A stretch of DNA of 64,000 nucleotides from Candidatus Woesebacteria bacterium (lineage in GTDB: Bacteria > Patescibacteriota > Microgenomatia > UBA8517): positions 692,790 through 756,789 of the forward strand of contig OY970314.1 of assembly GCA_963716475.1 (NCBI GenBank), in the 5' to 3' direction. Both the position numbers and the translations under genes were made by a program. Of this stretch, positions 48,363-60,400 are shown piece by piece (the stretch's first letter is position 1; the number at the start of each line of letters is the position of its first letter). The notes below the pieces were generated by a model that saw nothing but the letters and a program-made list of their open reading frames with translations, did no database searches and was not told the origin of the DNA.

Positions 48363-48671
48363 TTACATCTTAATCTCAATACTTACACCTGCTGGTAAAT
48401 CCAAGTTTCCAAGTGAGTCCACTGTGCGCGGGCTGGGATCGATAATATCAATCAGTCTTTTATGCACCAAAACTTCGTAGTGTTCCTGCGCGTCTTTATC
48501 TGTAAATGGAGACTCCTTGATGGCCATCATGGATCTTGCGGTGGGAAGCGGTATGGGACCGATTATTTTCGCACCAGTAGCTAAAGCGGTATCGATTATC
48601 TTTGCTGCCGCCTCATCCAAAACTCGATGATCGTAACTTTTGAGTTTTACTCTAAGTCTTGAGCTTGCCAT
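48363..48671 (-). CDS. rpsJ: 30S ribosomal protein S10
   Basis: LKSYDHRVLD, GPIPLPT, HKRLIDI, LPAGV.IEI. Confidence 0.98.
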   Translation of the reverse strand: MASSRLRVKLKSYDHRVLDEAAAKIIDTALATGAKIIGPIPLPTARSMMAIKESPFTDKDAQEHYEVLVHKRLIDIIDPSPRTVDSLGNLDLPAGVSIEIKM

Positions 48672-48690
48672 CTAGGTTAATGTGCTGAAA

Positions 48691-49884
48691 CTAGGCGATT
48701 ATCTTGGTGATGACACCGTCGCCGACTGTGTGTCCGCCTTCACGGATTGCAAATCTGAATCCTTCCTCCATAGCAACAGGAGAAATAAGCTTGATTTTCA
48801 TTTTAGCGTTATCGCCAGGCATAACCATCTCAATTCCGGTAGGCAAAGTGGCCTCGCCTGTAATATCGGCGGTCTTAATATAGAACTGAGGCTTATAACC
48901 CGTGAAGAACGGTGTATGGCGTCCGCCTTCCTCTTTGCTCAAAATATAAACTTCGGCCTCAAATTCGGTATGAGGAGTCAAGGAACCGGGTTTAGCCAGA
49001 ACTTGTCCGCGCTCAACCTGGTCTTTTTCGATTCCCCTAAGAAGTACTCCGATGTTATCTCCTGCCAAAGCCTCATCCAATGTTTTTCTGAACATCTCAA
49101 GTCCCGTAACAACCGATTTTTGCGTGGCTTTAAGTCCGATAATTTCAACTTCTTCGTTAACCTTGATCTTACCGCGATCCACACGCCCTGTAACGACCGT
49201 GCCACGCCCCTGAATGGTAAAGACGTCCTCTATTGCCATTAAGAATGGTTTATCAACATCACGCACGGGATCCGGGATATACTCGTCAACCGCGTCCATC
49301 AAAGCCTGAATTTGTTTTTCGGCTTCAGGATCCCCTTCAACTGCCTTCAAGGCGCTGCCTCTTATAACCGGCACTTCGTCTCCCGGATAACCGTATTTCT
49401 TGAGAAGTTCCCTTACGTCAGCTTCTACGAGATCTATCAGTTCCTTGTCGTCAACCATATCAACTTTGTTAAGGAAAACTACAATCGCCGGAACGTTGAC
49501 CTGTTTGGCCAAAATGACGTGCTCTCTGGTTTGAGGCATCGGACCATCGGCTGCAGAAACAACCAAAATAGCTCCGTCCATCTGGGCCGCACCCGTAATC
49601 ATGTTTTTAATGTAATCTGCGTGGCCCGGAGCATCAATGTGGGCATAGTGGCGTTTCTTGGTTTCGTATTCCTGGTGGGAAAGATTAATGGTGACTCCTC
49701 TTTCTCTTTCTTCCGGAGCGCTATCTATTTCTTCGTACTTTTTGGCAACAGCCAAACCTTGCTTGGCCAAAACCATTGTAATGGCACTTGTCAAAGTAGT
49801 CTTACCATGATCTACATGACCGATGGTGCCGATATTTACGTGCGGCTTTGTTCTTTCGTATTTTTTCTTAGCTTCTCCTGCCAT
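48691..49884 (-). CDS. tuf: elongation factor Tu
   Basis: [35 protein letters not shown]; own promoter TTGACT-N18-TATAAT (49930-49901). Confidence 0.99.
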   Translation of the reverse strand: MAGEAKKKYERTKPHVNIGTIGHVDHGKTTLTSAITMVLAKQGLAVAKKYEEIDSAPEERERGVTINLSHQEYETKKRHYAHIDAPGHADYIKNMITGAAQMDGAILVVSAADGPMPQTREHVILAKQVNVPAIVVFLNKVDMVDDKELIDLVEADVRELLKKYGYPGDEVPVIRGSALKAVEGDPEAEKQIQALMDAVDEYIPDPVRDVDKPFLMAIEDVFTIQGRGTVVTGRVDRGKIKVNEEVEIIGLKATQKSVVTGLEMFRKTLDEALAGDNIGVLLRGIEKDQVERGQVLAKPGSLTPHTEFEAEVYILSKEEGGRHTPFFTGYKPQFYIKTADITGEATLPTGIEMVMPGDNAKMKIKLISPVAMEEGFRFAIREGGHTVGDGVITKIIA

Positions 49885-49933
49885 ATGTGTACAAGTGACT
49901 ATTATATCCGAGGCTAGCCAGGCAAGTCAAGGG

Positions 49934-52105
49934 TTAATTGCCACGAGCCATTACTACCTTACCCGCTTTGGCGACTATTGCTTCGGAAATATTTCTCGGA
50001 ACTTCTTCGTAGTGGGAAGGTTCCATATAATAACTGGCCCTCCCCTGGGTCAGGGACCTGAGTTTTGTGGCATAACCGGAAAGTTCGGCCAAAGGAGCCG
50101 AAGCATTAATAACCGTCATAAGGCCTCTCTTTTCGGTTCCGGAAACCTGAGCACGCTTACTGGAAAGGTCACCTATTACATCCCCCATAAATTCATCAGG
50201 AGTAGAAACTTCAACCTTCATAATGGGTTCGAGTAGAATCGGATCGCTTTTTTTGAAAGCGTCTTCCAGAGCCATGGAACCGGCAATTTTAAAGGCAATT
50301 TCGGATGAATCAACTTCGTGGTAACTCCCGTCAAAAACAACCGCCTTCATGTCAACCATGGGGAAGCCTGCCAAAACTCCGTTTTCCATTTTCTCTTTAA
50401 TTCCTTTTTCGATCGGGGAAATATACTCCTGAGGAATGGCGCCGCCTTTAATCTCACTCTTAAATTCAAATCCTTCACCCCTACCCATCGGTTCAAGCCT
50501 GATAAGGCAGTGTCCGTACTGTCCGCGGCCTCCGGTTTGACGGATATATTTACCTTCTCCTTCGCCGGTTTTCTTGACTGTTTCTTTGTAAGCAACCTGG
50601 GGGGCACCGGTTGTAGCCAAAACATTAAATTCCCTCTTCATCCTGTCTACCAGGACTTCCAGCTGAAGCTCTCCCATTCCGGAAATAATGGTCTGGCCTG
50701 TTTCTGGATTTGATTTGATACGGAAAGTCGGATCTTCATCGGAAAGCTTTGAAAGGGCCAAGCCCATTTTCTCCTGATCGGACTTTGTGGCGGGTTCAAT
50801 GGCAAGTGAAATAACAGGCTCCGGGAAATTAATGGATTCAAGAACAATGGGATGACCGGAATCGCAAATTGTATTACCTGTGGTTGTATCTTTTATTCCG
50901 ACAACAGCCACAATTTCTCCGGCGTAAGCGGTTTCGATAAGTTCGCGCTGGTCCGCGTGAAGAAGAACGAGTTTGCCGATTCTTTCCGGTTTTTGCTCGC
51001 TTGAGTTATAAACCTGCTGACCCGCGGAAAGAGTACCCGAATAAATTCTGACATAAACTAAACGCCCAACGTGCGGATCGGTCATGACTTTAAACGCCAA
51101 GCCGGCAAAAGGGGCTTCATTTTTTCTCTCGCGCGTAGCTTTCTCCCCGGTTTTAGGATCAATTCCCTCAACGGGAGGAAGATCAAGAGGAGAGGGTAAA
51201 AATTCTACTACACCGTCGAGTAGCATTTGGCTTTCGGCACTCCGGTTGTCCCCGCCGAAAATCGGGAAAAACTTGCCTGCAATAACCCCTTTTCGGATAG
51301 CTCTTTTGAGAATTGCTTCATCAATATCCTTACCCTCAAGAAATAAATTCAAGGCTTCGTCATCAAACTCGGCGGCTCTTTCCAAAAGTTCCTGTCGGTA
51401 TTTCTTGACGCTTTCGGCAACTTCTGCAGGAATTTCTTCTTCAGTCAGTTCATGATCGGAAACCTCTTTATAGGTGAAGGCTTTCATTTTAATAAGGTCG
51501 ACCACTCCTCTATGCTCATGCTCCTGGCCGATGGGAACTATTACGGGAGCGGCATTGGCCCCGAGACGCTCGCGGATTGATTTAATCGAACCTTCGAAAT
51601 CGGATCCTATTAAATTCAATTTATTTAAAACGCAGATTCTGGGGACGTTATATTTATCTGCCTGCCTCCAAACGGTTTCCGATTGGGATTCAACCCCTGT
51701 CCTGCCGTCAAAAACCATGAGAGCCCCGTCGAGAACTCTCAAAGAACGTTCGACTTCGGCGGTGAAATCAATATGGCCGGGTGTGTCAATGATATTTATT
51801 CTGTAGTGACCCGCTTCTACCGAAGTGCTTTTCTTCAAATCCCAAAAAGTGGTGATGGCCGCCGAAACAATTGTGATTCCGCGTTCACGCTCCTGGGCCA
51901 TCCAGTCGGTAACAGTGGTCCCTTCGTCCACGGAACCGATTTTGTATGTTCTACCGGTTTCAAAAAGAATCCTTTCAGTGGTCGTGGTTTTACCGGCATC
52001 AATATGAGCAATAATGCCGATATTTCGGATCTTTTCATAGGAGACATTACGGTCTTTAGTGGCCGTCATGACTATCGCTGCCTTTTTCTTTGCTACTTCT
52101 GCCAT
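49934..52105 (-). CDS. fusA: elongation factor G
   Basis: AHIDAGKTTTTER, DTPGH.DF, GMGEL.LE, PQVAYKET; own promoter TTGAAC-N17-TAAAAT (52163-52135). Confidence 0.99.
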   Translation of the reverse strand: MAEVAKKKAAIVMTATKDRNVSYEKIRNIGIIAHIDAGKTTTTERILFETGRTYKIGSVDEGTTVTDWMAQERERGITIVSAAITTFWDLKKSTSVEAGHYRINIIDTPGHIDFTAEVERSLRVLDGALMVFDGRTGVESQSETVWRQADKYNVPRICVLNKLNLIGSDFEGSIKSIRERLGANAAPVIVPIGQEHEHRGVVDLIKMKAFTYKEVSDHELTEEEIPAEVAESVKKYRQELLERAAEFDDEALNLFLEGKDIDEAILKRAIRKGVIAGKFFPIFGGDNRSAESQMLLDGVVEFLPSPLDLPPVEGIDPKTGEKATRERKNEAPFAGLAFKVMTDPHVGRLVYVRIYSGTLSAGQQVYNSSEQKPERIGKLVLLHADQRELIETAYAGEIVAVVGIKDTTTGNTICDSGHPIVLESINFPEPVISLAIEPATKSDQEKMGLALSKLSDEDPTFRIKSNPETGQTIISGMGELQLEVLVDRMKREFNVLATTGAPQVAYKETVKKTGEGEGKYIRQTGGRGQYGHCLIRLEPMGRGEGFEFKSEIKGGAIPQEYISPIEKGIKEKMENGVLAGFPMVDMKAVVFDGSYHEVDSSEIAFKIAGSMALEDAFKKSDPILLEPIMKVEVSTPDEFMGDVIGDLSSKRAQVSGTEKRGLMTVINASAPLAELSGYATKLRSLTQGRASYYMEPSHYEEVPRNISEAIVAKAGKVVMARGN

Positions 52106-52181
52106 TTAAAAAAACTCCCTACGGAGCAAGTGTGATTTTAACATTCGAAGCTGGTCAGTTCAACTGTCAATCCCCCGTAGC

Positions 52182-52727
52182 CTACTTTGTAAACTTGAAA
52201 GTGGAGAGAATTTGGTCAAATATTTCTTCCGCCCGTTTTTGGTTATTTTGATTATATAAGTATGTGATAGTAAAAAATGGAGATTGCTGGCCAAAATAGA
52301 TAATCCGTTCGTTCGGATTTGAACAGATATCAGAATCTACTCCTGAAAAATATTGAATATCAAAACTTTTACCATCAATGGTAGAAGTTTTTGATTTGAT
52401 GAGAATGGAACATTCCATTCCACCTGTTTTTGTCTGAATCCACATCGAGATTGAATTATCCGGAGCGTGTAGGTTGGCTCCAGGTGTACTTATCCAATCG
52501 TTGGGATACAAAAACGAAAAATTAATTATCGGGTTAGTATATTTCTTCCAATTTAAAGTAGGATCGACGGTTGGCTTTGCGATAGGACTTGGTGAAGCAT
52601 TAGTTGAAGCAATTGGAGTTGGAGATAAAGGACTCCTATTTTTTAGCACTCCAAAATAATACGTTCCGCCGGCAACAAGAGCCAAAAGTATCAGAATTAT
52701 TATCGGCGCAAAACCCTTGCTTTTCAC
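52182..52727 (-). CDS. membrane-anchored PsbP-like protein with prepilin-like N-terminus
   Basis: KGF + hydrophobic stretch; Pro/Ser/Thr linker; WKKY.N..FSF.YP.DW and FDQILSTFKF. Confidence 0.7.
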   Translation of the reverse strand: MKSKGFAPIIILILLALVAGGTYYFGVLKNRSPLSPTPIASTNASPSPIAKPTVDPTLNWKKYTNPIINFSFLYPNDWISTPGANLHAPDNSISMWIQTKTGGMECSILIKSKTSTIDGKSFDIQYFSGVDSDICSNPNERIIYFGQQSPFFTITYLYNQNNQKRAEEIFDQILSTFKFTK

Positions 52728-52763
52728 TAATTTAATAATAGCACACGAAGAAGTCAGAAGAGA

Positions 52764-53243
52764 TTACCAGCGGAAGTGGGCAAAGGCTTTGTTGGCTTCG
52801 GCAACGCGCTCCATATCGGTTCTTTTCTTTACTGCCGCGCCTTCACTCTTGGCCGCATCCATTATTTCGGCGGCAAGTTTTTTGCCGTAGGTATGAAAAT
52901 CGGAATTTGACCTTGAATTTGCCGCTGCAATTAACCATCTTATTGCTAAGGACTCGCGTCTGGGACCTCTGACCGGAGCCGGAACCTGATAGGCGGCTCC
53001 TCCGATTCTTCGAGCCCTGACTTCCATGGATGGTTTTATATTTTCCAGAGCCTGATCGAAAACTTTTATAGGATCGCTGCCTGATTTTTCTTTTATAATT
53101 TCAAAGGCTTCATAAATTTCGGTCCTGGCAACGGACTTTTTGCCATCACGCATACTCCTGTTGATAAGTTTTGTAACCAACCGGCTTCCGTAAATGGGAT
53201 CCGGCTCTAAAATTTTTGGTCTGACTGTTCCTTTTCTTGCCAT
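52764..53243 (-). CDS. rpsG: 30S ribosomal protein S7
   Basis: PDPIY.S.LV, DGKKS.A, RRIGGA.YQVP, AEANKAFAHFRW. Confidence 0.99.
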   Translation of the reverse strand: MARKGTVRPKILEPDPIYGSRLVTKLINRSMRDGKKSVARTEIYEAFEIIKEKSGSDPIKVFDQALENIKPSMEVRARRIGGAAYQVPAPVRGPRRESLAIRWLIAAANSRSNSDFHTYGKKLAAEIMDAAKSEGAAVKKRTDMERVAEANKAFAHFRW

Positions 53244-53247
53244 ATTC

Positions 53248-53676
53248 CTACGCGGCTTTCGCTCCTCCTTGTCCTTTCTTGGCTCCGTACCTGCTTCTTC
53301 CTGTCTGCCTGCCCGCTACTCCTGTCGTATCATATTTACCCCTGATTACATGATATTTTACTCCAGGAAGGTCTTTGACACGGCCTCCACGGACCAAAAC
53401 AATTGAGTGCTCCGCCAGTTCGTGCCCTTCACCCGGAATATAAGCCGTTATTTCCTGTTTATTTGAAAGGCGGACACGGGCTACTTTCCTTAGAGCCGAG
53501 TTAGGTTTTTTGGGGGTCATTGTTCTTACCGCCAAAACAACTCCCCGCTTAAAAGCGGAGTGGCTTTCGGAAAATTTTCTGTCTTTGGCATTAAACCATC
53601 TCTTAAGAGCCGTGGTTTTTGTCTTTTTGGCAATCTTTTTCCTGCCTTTTCTTGTCAGTTGATTTATTGTTGGCAT
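53248..53676 (-). CDS. rpsL: 30S ribosomal protein S12
   Basis: [28 protein letters not shown]. Confidence 0.99.
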   Translation of the reverse strand: MPTINQLTRKGRKKIAKKTKTTALKRWFNAKDRKFSESHSAFKRGVVLAVRTMTPKKPNSALRKVARVRLSNKQEITAYIPGEGHELAEHSIVLVRGGRVKDLPGVKYHVIRGKYDTTGVAGRQTGRSRYGAKKGQGGAKAA

Positions 53677-53677
53677 G

Positions 53678-56600
53678 TTAACCCTGGTTCATCGCCGCTC
53701 TTTCCGCGGTAACCGGAATGAGCCTACCAATTATAACGTTTTCTTTAAGTCCGACGAGTTTATCTTCCCTTCCAAGAAGAGAGGCTTCGGTAAGAACATC
53801 AGTCGTCTGCTCAAATGAGGCCGCGGAAAGCCAGCTATCCGTATAAAGAGCCCTTCTGGTTATTCCCAAAACTACCTGCTGAGCGCTCGCGGGTTCTCCG
53901 CCGGCTGCCAAAACTTTATCGTTTTCTTCCTCGAAACTGGCACGGCTGGCAAGCTCTCCCGGCAGGAAGGGTGTATCCCCTGTGGTAACCATTCTGACCT
54001 CATCGCTCATTTTCCTGGCAATGACTTCGAAGTGCCTGTCGTTGATCGGAATTCCCTGAGACTCATAAACTTTCTGTATTTCGGCGACAAGATATTCCTG
54101 CGCGGCTCTTAGGCCCTTAATCGAAAGAATATCTTTAATGTCGAGGGCCCCTTTGGCCAAAGCTTCTCCGGCTTCAACTGTGGCTCCGTCTTCAATGGCC
54201 ATTTCCAGAGTCTTGGCAATAATATATTCTTTTTCCTCTTTGGGAGTACCTTTTGATGCAATAGTAACTTTCCAACCTTCATCGGTTTCTGTTATATGAG
54301 CCTTACCGGTAATCTCACTAAGGGCCGAAACAACTTTGGGAAGTCTGGCCTCAACCAGCTCCTCAACTCTGGGAAGCCCCTGGGTAACATCGACTCCGAC
54401 CACTCCCGCGGCATGCTTGGTACGCAGGGTCAGTTGGGTTCCGGGTTCCCCGATAGATTGGGCCGCAACGACCCCTACCGGCATTCCGACTTCCACTACA
54501 CTTTTAGTCCCAAGATCCCAACCGTAACACTTTACACACATCCCGTACCTGGCTTTACAAGTAAGAGGAGATCTTATTACAACTGAGGTGACACCTGCCT
54601 CATCAATCTTCTTGGCAGTGGCCTCATCAATCATGTCCCCTGCCTTGACCATTACGGCCTTTCCTTTGGGTGCAACAACGTCCTTGGCGGCAAACCTGCC
54701 GAAAATTCTTTGGGCAAAAACATGGGGACGCGATTCTTTCTTAATTTCGTAGCCTTCCTTGGTACCACAATCTTCCAATCGGACAATTACATCGTGGGCA
54801 ACATCGACTAAGCGTCGGGTCAGATATCCCGCATCGGCGGTCTTAATGGCAGTATCGGTTAAACCTTTTCTGGAACCGCGGGATGATGTTACGTATTCAA
54901 ATACGGAAAGACCTTCCCTAAAGTTACTTTTAATAGGAAGCTCAACAATTTTTCCGAGAGGATCAACAACCAAGCCGCGGATGGCGGCAAGCTGCTTGAC
55001 CTGATCCCTGGAAGCGCGGCCTACTTTGGCGTCAATGACAACACGGATCGGGTTTGTGACCTCCATTTCATTCCAGGTTTTATCGGCCAAATCTTCCGAA
55101 ACCTCAATCCAAACTTCCTGAGTAAGGCGCCTTTTTTCTTCAGAGGTTATAAGACCCTGGTTGAAATTGTCCTCTATTTCGGAAACCCTGTCATCGGCTT
55201 CCGCAAGCACTTTAGCTTTTCCGGGGTAAAGCTTGGCATCAAAAATTCCGAACGAAATTCCGGAAATTGTTCCGCCAAAAAATCCCAAGTCTTTGATGTC
55301 ATCAACCAGCTGAACCACGCGCTCCCTGGAAACCGTCGCGTAGGCTTTAACAAATAAGGATTTGATAACCGATGAGGTTACGGCTTCATTGATAAAGTCA
55401 AAATTCTCCGGCAAAGCCTCATTGAAAAGCAGCCTCCCGACCGTGGTTTCAACTATTTCCCTGCCGATTTTAACCTGAATTTTTTGCCTGATCTCAAGAT
55501 GATCCGATTGGTAGACATAGATTGCCTCGTCCTTGTCCGCAAAAATTGTCGGATAAATGGAAAGTCTTGTATCTTCGCTCGTCAGGTAATAAGCACCGAG
55601 TGCAATTTCCTTACTGGAAGGGGTTGCGGCCGGGCCGCCGTCACTGGGTTTAAGTAAATTATTTGTCGGAAGCATCAGGGTTTTCGCCTCTTCCACTGCC
55701 TTCGATGAAAGGGGAACGTGAACTGCCATTTGGTCTCCGTCAAAATCGGCATTAAATCCGGAACAAACAGCGGGGTGAAGGCGGATTGCGCTTCCCTCAA
55801 TTAGGACCGGGTAAAACGACTGGATAGAAAGCTTGTGCAAAGTGGGGGCACGGTTAAGAAGTACGGGATGGTCTTTGGTAATTTCTTCCAGGATGTCAAA
55901 AACCTCGGGAGGACGCCTGTCAAGCATGTTTTTGGCACTTTTAACATTGGGGGCAATTCCCCTGGCAATCATTTCGCGAAGCACAAACGGCTTGAACATT
56001 TCAAGAGCCATATCCTTGGGAAGACCGCACTGGGTAAGTTTAAGCTCGGGACCTACTATAACCACGCTTCTTCCGGAATAGTCTACACGCTTTCCCAATA
56101 AGTTCTGCCTAAATCTTCCCTGTTTTCCACGAAGCATATCGCTTAGGGACCTTAGGGGCTGCCTGCCACGGCTTTTTCTTGTTGCCTTCCTTTGGGATGC
56201 ATCAATCAGGGAGTCCACGGCCTCCTGAAGCATTCTTTTTTCGTTCCTAAGGATTATTTCGGGCGCACCCAGTGAAATCAAGTGCTTGAGTCTGTTATTT
56301 CTATTTATTACCCTTCTATAGAGGTCATTCAAGTCGCTTGTGGCGAATCTACCGCCGGACAGCTGGACCATAGGTCTAAGGTCAGGAGGAAGGACCGGCA
56401 AAACCCTAAGTATCATCCAGGAAGGATCCACTTTTGCCCGCCTAAGGCCATCAATAAGTTTCAGTCTTTTAACAAGTTTTACATATTTGCTGCTTCCGCC
56501 CTTTATGGTACCGATCTCCTCTCTCAGAACTTTGGATATTTCCTCCAAATTGATCTTTTCGATAGCATTAAGAATCGCGTCCGCTCCCATTTTTGCCGTA

Positions 56601-57397
56601 AAGAATTCTGTAGCTTCGTGTTCATAAAGCTCATCAAATTCTTCCTCACTAAGAATACTTAAGGGGTGCAAGCTTTTTGCGACAGTCGTGAGATTGTCAA
56701 AAAGTTCGCCAGTTTTATTGACCGTAGCTTTTTCTTCCTCACTAATGGCCGTCTCTTTCTTTCTAAGATTTAATTCGATCTCGGCCGTAGCCAGAGAAGC
56801 TTGTTCCTTGTTTTTGATCTTGTTTGCAATTTTTTCTTTTGCTTCCTTTTCCTCGATTTTAAGAGCATCCCGACGCGATTTATAGTTCTCCGCAACCTCA
56901 TTCAACCTTCCGTCTTTGGCTTTAAGAATATTTTTGATAGCGTCTTTTTTCTTTTCCTCATCAACTTCGGTAACTAAATATCTTGCGAAATAGATAACTT
57001 GTTCAATTCCTCTTGGAGCCACTCCCAAAAGCAAGGAGATTTTTGAAGGGGCGCCTTTGAAAAACCAAACGTGTGCCGTAGGGGTGGCAAGGGTAATGTG
57101 GCCCATTCTCTCGCGCCTGACTCTCGATTGGGTAACTTCAACTCCACACTTATCACAGATAACCCCTTTGTACCTGATTCTTTTATATTTTCCGCAATAA
57201 CACTCCCAATCTTTTGTAGGACCAAAAATTCTCTCATCAAAAAGGCCGTCTTTCTCAGGCTTCAGAGTTCTGTAATTTATGGTTTCCGGTTTTGTAATTT
57301 CGCCACGGCTCCACGCACGAATTTCCTCCGGAGAGGCAAATTTAACGAGTAGGCTCTTAAAATCAGCTAAGTTTTTTAGATCGGCTAGTTGTTCCAT
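53678..57397 (-). CDS. rpoC: RNA polymerase beta' subunit
   Basis: [24 protein letters not shown], catalytic [20 protein letters not shown]. Confidence 0.99.
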   Translation of the reverse strand: MEQLADLKNLADFKSLLVKFASPEEIRAWSRGEITKPETINYRTLKPEKDGLFDERIFGPTKDWECYCGKYKRIRYKGVICDKCGVEVTQSRVRRERMGHITLATPTAHVWFFKGAPSKISLLLGVAPRGIEQVIYFARYLVTEVDEEKKKDAIKNILKAKDGRLNEVAENYKSRRDALKIEEKEAKEKIANKIKNKEQASLATAEIELNLRKKETAISEEEKATVNKTGELFDNLTTVAKSLHPLSILSEEEFDELYEHEATEFFTAKMGADAILNAIEKINLEEISKVLREEIGTIKGGSSKYVKLVKRLKLIDGLRRAKVDPSWMILRVLPVLPPDLRPMVQLSGGRFATSDLNDLYRRVINRNNRLKHLISLGAPEIILRNEKRMLQEAVDSLIDASQRKATRKSRGRQPLRSLSDMLRGKQGRFRQNLLGKRVDYSGRSVVIVGPELKLTQCGLPKDMALEMFKPFVLREMIARGIAPNVKSAKNMLDRRPPEVFDILEEITKDHPVLLNRAPTLHKLSIQSFYPVLIEGSAIRLHPAVCSGFNADFDGDQMAVHVPLSSKAVEEAKTLMLPTNNLLKPSDGGPAATPSSKEIALGAYYLTSEDTRLSIYPTIFADKDEAIYVYQSDHLEIRQKIQVKIGREIVETTVGRLLFNEALPENFDFINEAVTSSVIKSLFVKAYATVSRERVVQLVDDIKDLGFFGGTISGISFGIFDAKLYPGKAKVLAEADDRVSEIEDNFNQGLITSEEKRRLTQEVWIEVSEDLADKTWNEMEVTNPIRVVIDAKVGRASRDQVKQLAAIRGLVVDPLGKIVELPIKSNFREGLSVFEYVTSSRGSRKGLTDTAIKTADAGYLTRRLVDVAHDVIVRLEDCGTKEGYEIKKESRPHVFAQRIFGRFAAKDVVAPKGKAVMVKAGDMIDEATAKKIDEAGVTSVVIRSPLTCKARYGMCVKCYGWDLGTKSVVEVGMPVGVVAAQSIGEPGTQLTLRTKHAAGVVGVDVTQGLPRVEELVEARLPKVVSALSEITGKAHITETDEGWKVTIASKGTPKEEKEYIIAKTLEMAIEDGATVEAGEALAKGALDIKDILSIKGLRAAQEYLVAEIQKVYESQGIPINDRHFEVIARKMSDEVRMVTTGDTPFLPGELASRASFEEENDKVLAAGGEPASAQQVVLGITRRALYTDSWLSAASFEQTTDVLTEASLLGREDKLVGLKENVIIGRLIPVTAERAAMNQG

Positions 57398-57400
57398 ATT

Positions 57401-60400
57401 TTATTGAGTTACAGCCTCCTCTATTTCCATAGGACCTTTGTCAGCGGTCAGTTCTTCTGTTGCAACTATTTCGGCGCCAGCCGCTTTGGCTAGTTCCGTT
57501 CCTTCCGCTACAACATCTTCATCAACCTTGGCAACGACAGCTCCTTTTGGTTCTACCGCAAGACCTAAAGAATTAAGTTCACGAACAAGTACTTTAAAAC
57601 TTTCCGGAATCGTGGCCTCCGGAATTTCAACGCCTTTAACAATTGCCTCAAATGCTTTGGCGCGGCCTAAAACATCATCACTTTTAATGGTCAACATTTC
57701 CTGTAATGTATGGGCGGCTCTATGAGATTCGAGTGCCCAGACTTCCATTTCTCCCAAACGCTGGCCTCCCATTTGAGCTTTTCCGCCGAGAGGCTGTTGG
57801 GTAACCAGGGAGTACGGGCCAGTGCTCCTTGCATGGGTCTTATCCTCGACCATGTGGATCAATTTCATTATGTAGCTAATTCCTACCACAGTGTCTTCTT
57901 TGAAAGCCTCACCTGTTCTACCGTCAAAAAGCCTGGTCTTTCCGGTAACCGGAAGACCTGCTTCGGCAAGCTCCTTGGCAATAATATCGGCACCGATTTT
58001 GTCAAAAACCGGCAAAGCCCCTTTCTCATTTTTGGTTTTCAAAGCCCATCCGAGATGTGCCTCCATCAGTTGCCCAAGATTCATACGTGAGATAACAGAT
58101 AGAGGAGAAATGAGAATATCTACGGGAGTTCCGTCGCTCATGTAAGGCATATCTGAAACTGGTAAAATCTTACTTACAACTCCTTTATTCCCGTGTCGTC
58201 CTGCAACCTTATCCCCAACGGTGATCTTCCTGATTTGGGCAACTCTGACTATAACTTTCATTATTACTCCGGGACCAAGTTCGTCTCCTTTATCCCTATC
58301 CAATATCTGAACGTCAACTACAATTCCCCTTTCACCATGTGGAATTCGAAGGGAGGTATCTCTCACTTCGCGTGCTTTTTCTCCAAAAATTGCTCTCAGA
58401 AGTCTTTCCTCAGAAGTAAGCTCTGTTTCACCTTTCGGAGCAATTTTACCAACCAAGATATCATTCGGCCCGACTTCGGCGCCGATCATCACAATTCCGT
58501 CACCAGCGAGGTTAGCAAGTTCCGCCTCGGAAACATTGGGAATATCATTGGTTATTTCCTCAGGGCCAAGCTTGGTATCAACAACTTCAGCCTCATATTC
58601 TTCTATATGAATCGACGTCAGAAGGTCCTCCTTAACAAGCCTTTCGGATATAAGGATTGCATCCTCAAATCCGTAGCCTCCGAAGCTAGTATAGGCAATC
58701 GTCAAATTACGTCCAAGCCCAAGTTCTCCGTCCTCGCTCGCAGGGCCGTCAACCAAAAGATCCCCTGCGGCAACTTTTTGCCCGGGGGTGACCCTTGCTA
58801 TCTGGTTATAACAAGTCGAGTGGGCAGTACGTTTAAACTTGGTCAAATAGTAAATTTCCTTTTTACCCCCTTCGGTAATCTCGACATCGACGTTCTTTAG
58901 CTCACCTTCGTCTGCTTTTTTGTCGAGCTTGACAATAACTTTCTCGCCGTCGACATATTCGACAACCCCTGCATGCCTTGCTCTAATTACTCTTTGCATT
59001 CCTTCAGAAATTACCCCTTCCATACCCGTTCCGACAACGGGCGACTCCGGATTTACAAGAGGGACTGCCTGACATTGCATATTACTTCCCATAAGTGCCC
59101 TATTACCTTCGTCATTTGCCAGGAATGGAATCAAAGATGCAGAAGCTCCAACCACCTCTCTCGGGGTTACGTCAATATACTCAACCAGATTTGCGGCTCC
59201 TTCAATAAATTTTCCTCTATACCTAAGGGGTACACGCTTATCGGTAATAAAGCCCTCTGCATCAACATTTATTCCGGAGTGGGTAATATAGTGGTCTTCC
59301 TCATCATCTGCCGTAAGATAAACCACTTCGTCAGTTATCTTCACTTTCTTTCCAACCTTCTCTACTTTTTTATAAGGGGCTTCTATAAAGCCAAATTCAT
59401 CAACCTTAGCGTATAGCGCCAAGTAAGTAACAAGTCCGATATTTGGTCCCTCAGGGCTTCTTACGGGGTCAATTCTTCCGTATTGGGAGGCATTTACATC
59501 ACGGATGGAAAAGCTGGCTCTTTCCCTATTTATTCCACCCGTTCCCAGCACGGAAATACGCCTGAGGTTGTCCACTTCGCTTAATGGATTTGTATCGTCC
59601 AAAATTGTTGAAAGCTGGTTGCTTCTAAAAAATTCATTTAGAGAGGCTATAAGAGGACGGGCATTAATGAGTGTAGCCGGAAGTGGTTTATCATCAGGTG
59701 AAATAAGGCTCATCTTTTCCTTAACACTTCTCTCAAGCCGGAGTAGCCCCACTCTGAAAGCGTTTACGGCAACAAGCTCGCCGACCCTTCTCAGCCTGCG
59801 ATTACTAAGGTGGTCTATGTCGTCCAATTTTCCAACCCCATTCTGTAAACCGATAAGATAGGAGACGGCTGCAACAGCATCTTGTCTTGTCAAAACCCAA
59901 GTGTTCTTCTCATTAGGAAGACTAACCCCCAGGCGTTTGTTGATCTTAAATCTGCCCACCCGGCCCAAATCATATCTTCTGCCATCTGTGAATAGGCTCG
60001 CAAAAAGAGCCTCGGCATTCTCAAGCACCGCGGGCTCTCCGGGCCTCATTTTTCTGTAAATTTCTATTAGGGCTTCTTCCTGGCTTTTTGTAGTATCTTT
60101 GCTCAGCGTTGCCGCAATATATTTGTGGTCGGCATTTTTGTCAATTTCGGTAAAAGTGTTGACGATTTCCTGATCGGATGCGAGTCCCAGAGCCCTAAGA
60201 AAAACCGTTGCCAGGACTTTTCTGCGCCTGTCAATTCTGGCATAGATAATATCGGCCCTTGTAGTTTCAAATTCAAGCCAGCTTCCGTGCAGTGGGCGCA
60301 CTTCTGCTTTATACAGGACGCGGCCGCTAGAAGGATCGAGTTCTCCCGAAAAATAAGCTCCGGGGGAACGGACAATTTGATTAATAACAGCCCTTTCGAT

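Noticed and set aside
48682-52135. Long plus-strand ORFs opposite tuf and fusA
   Set aside because: Typical antisense shadows of codon-biased conserved genes; no motifs or expression signals.
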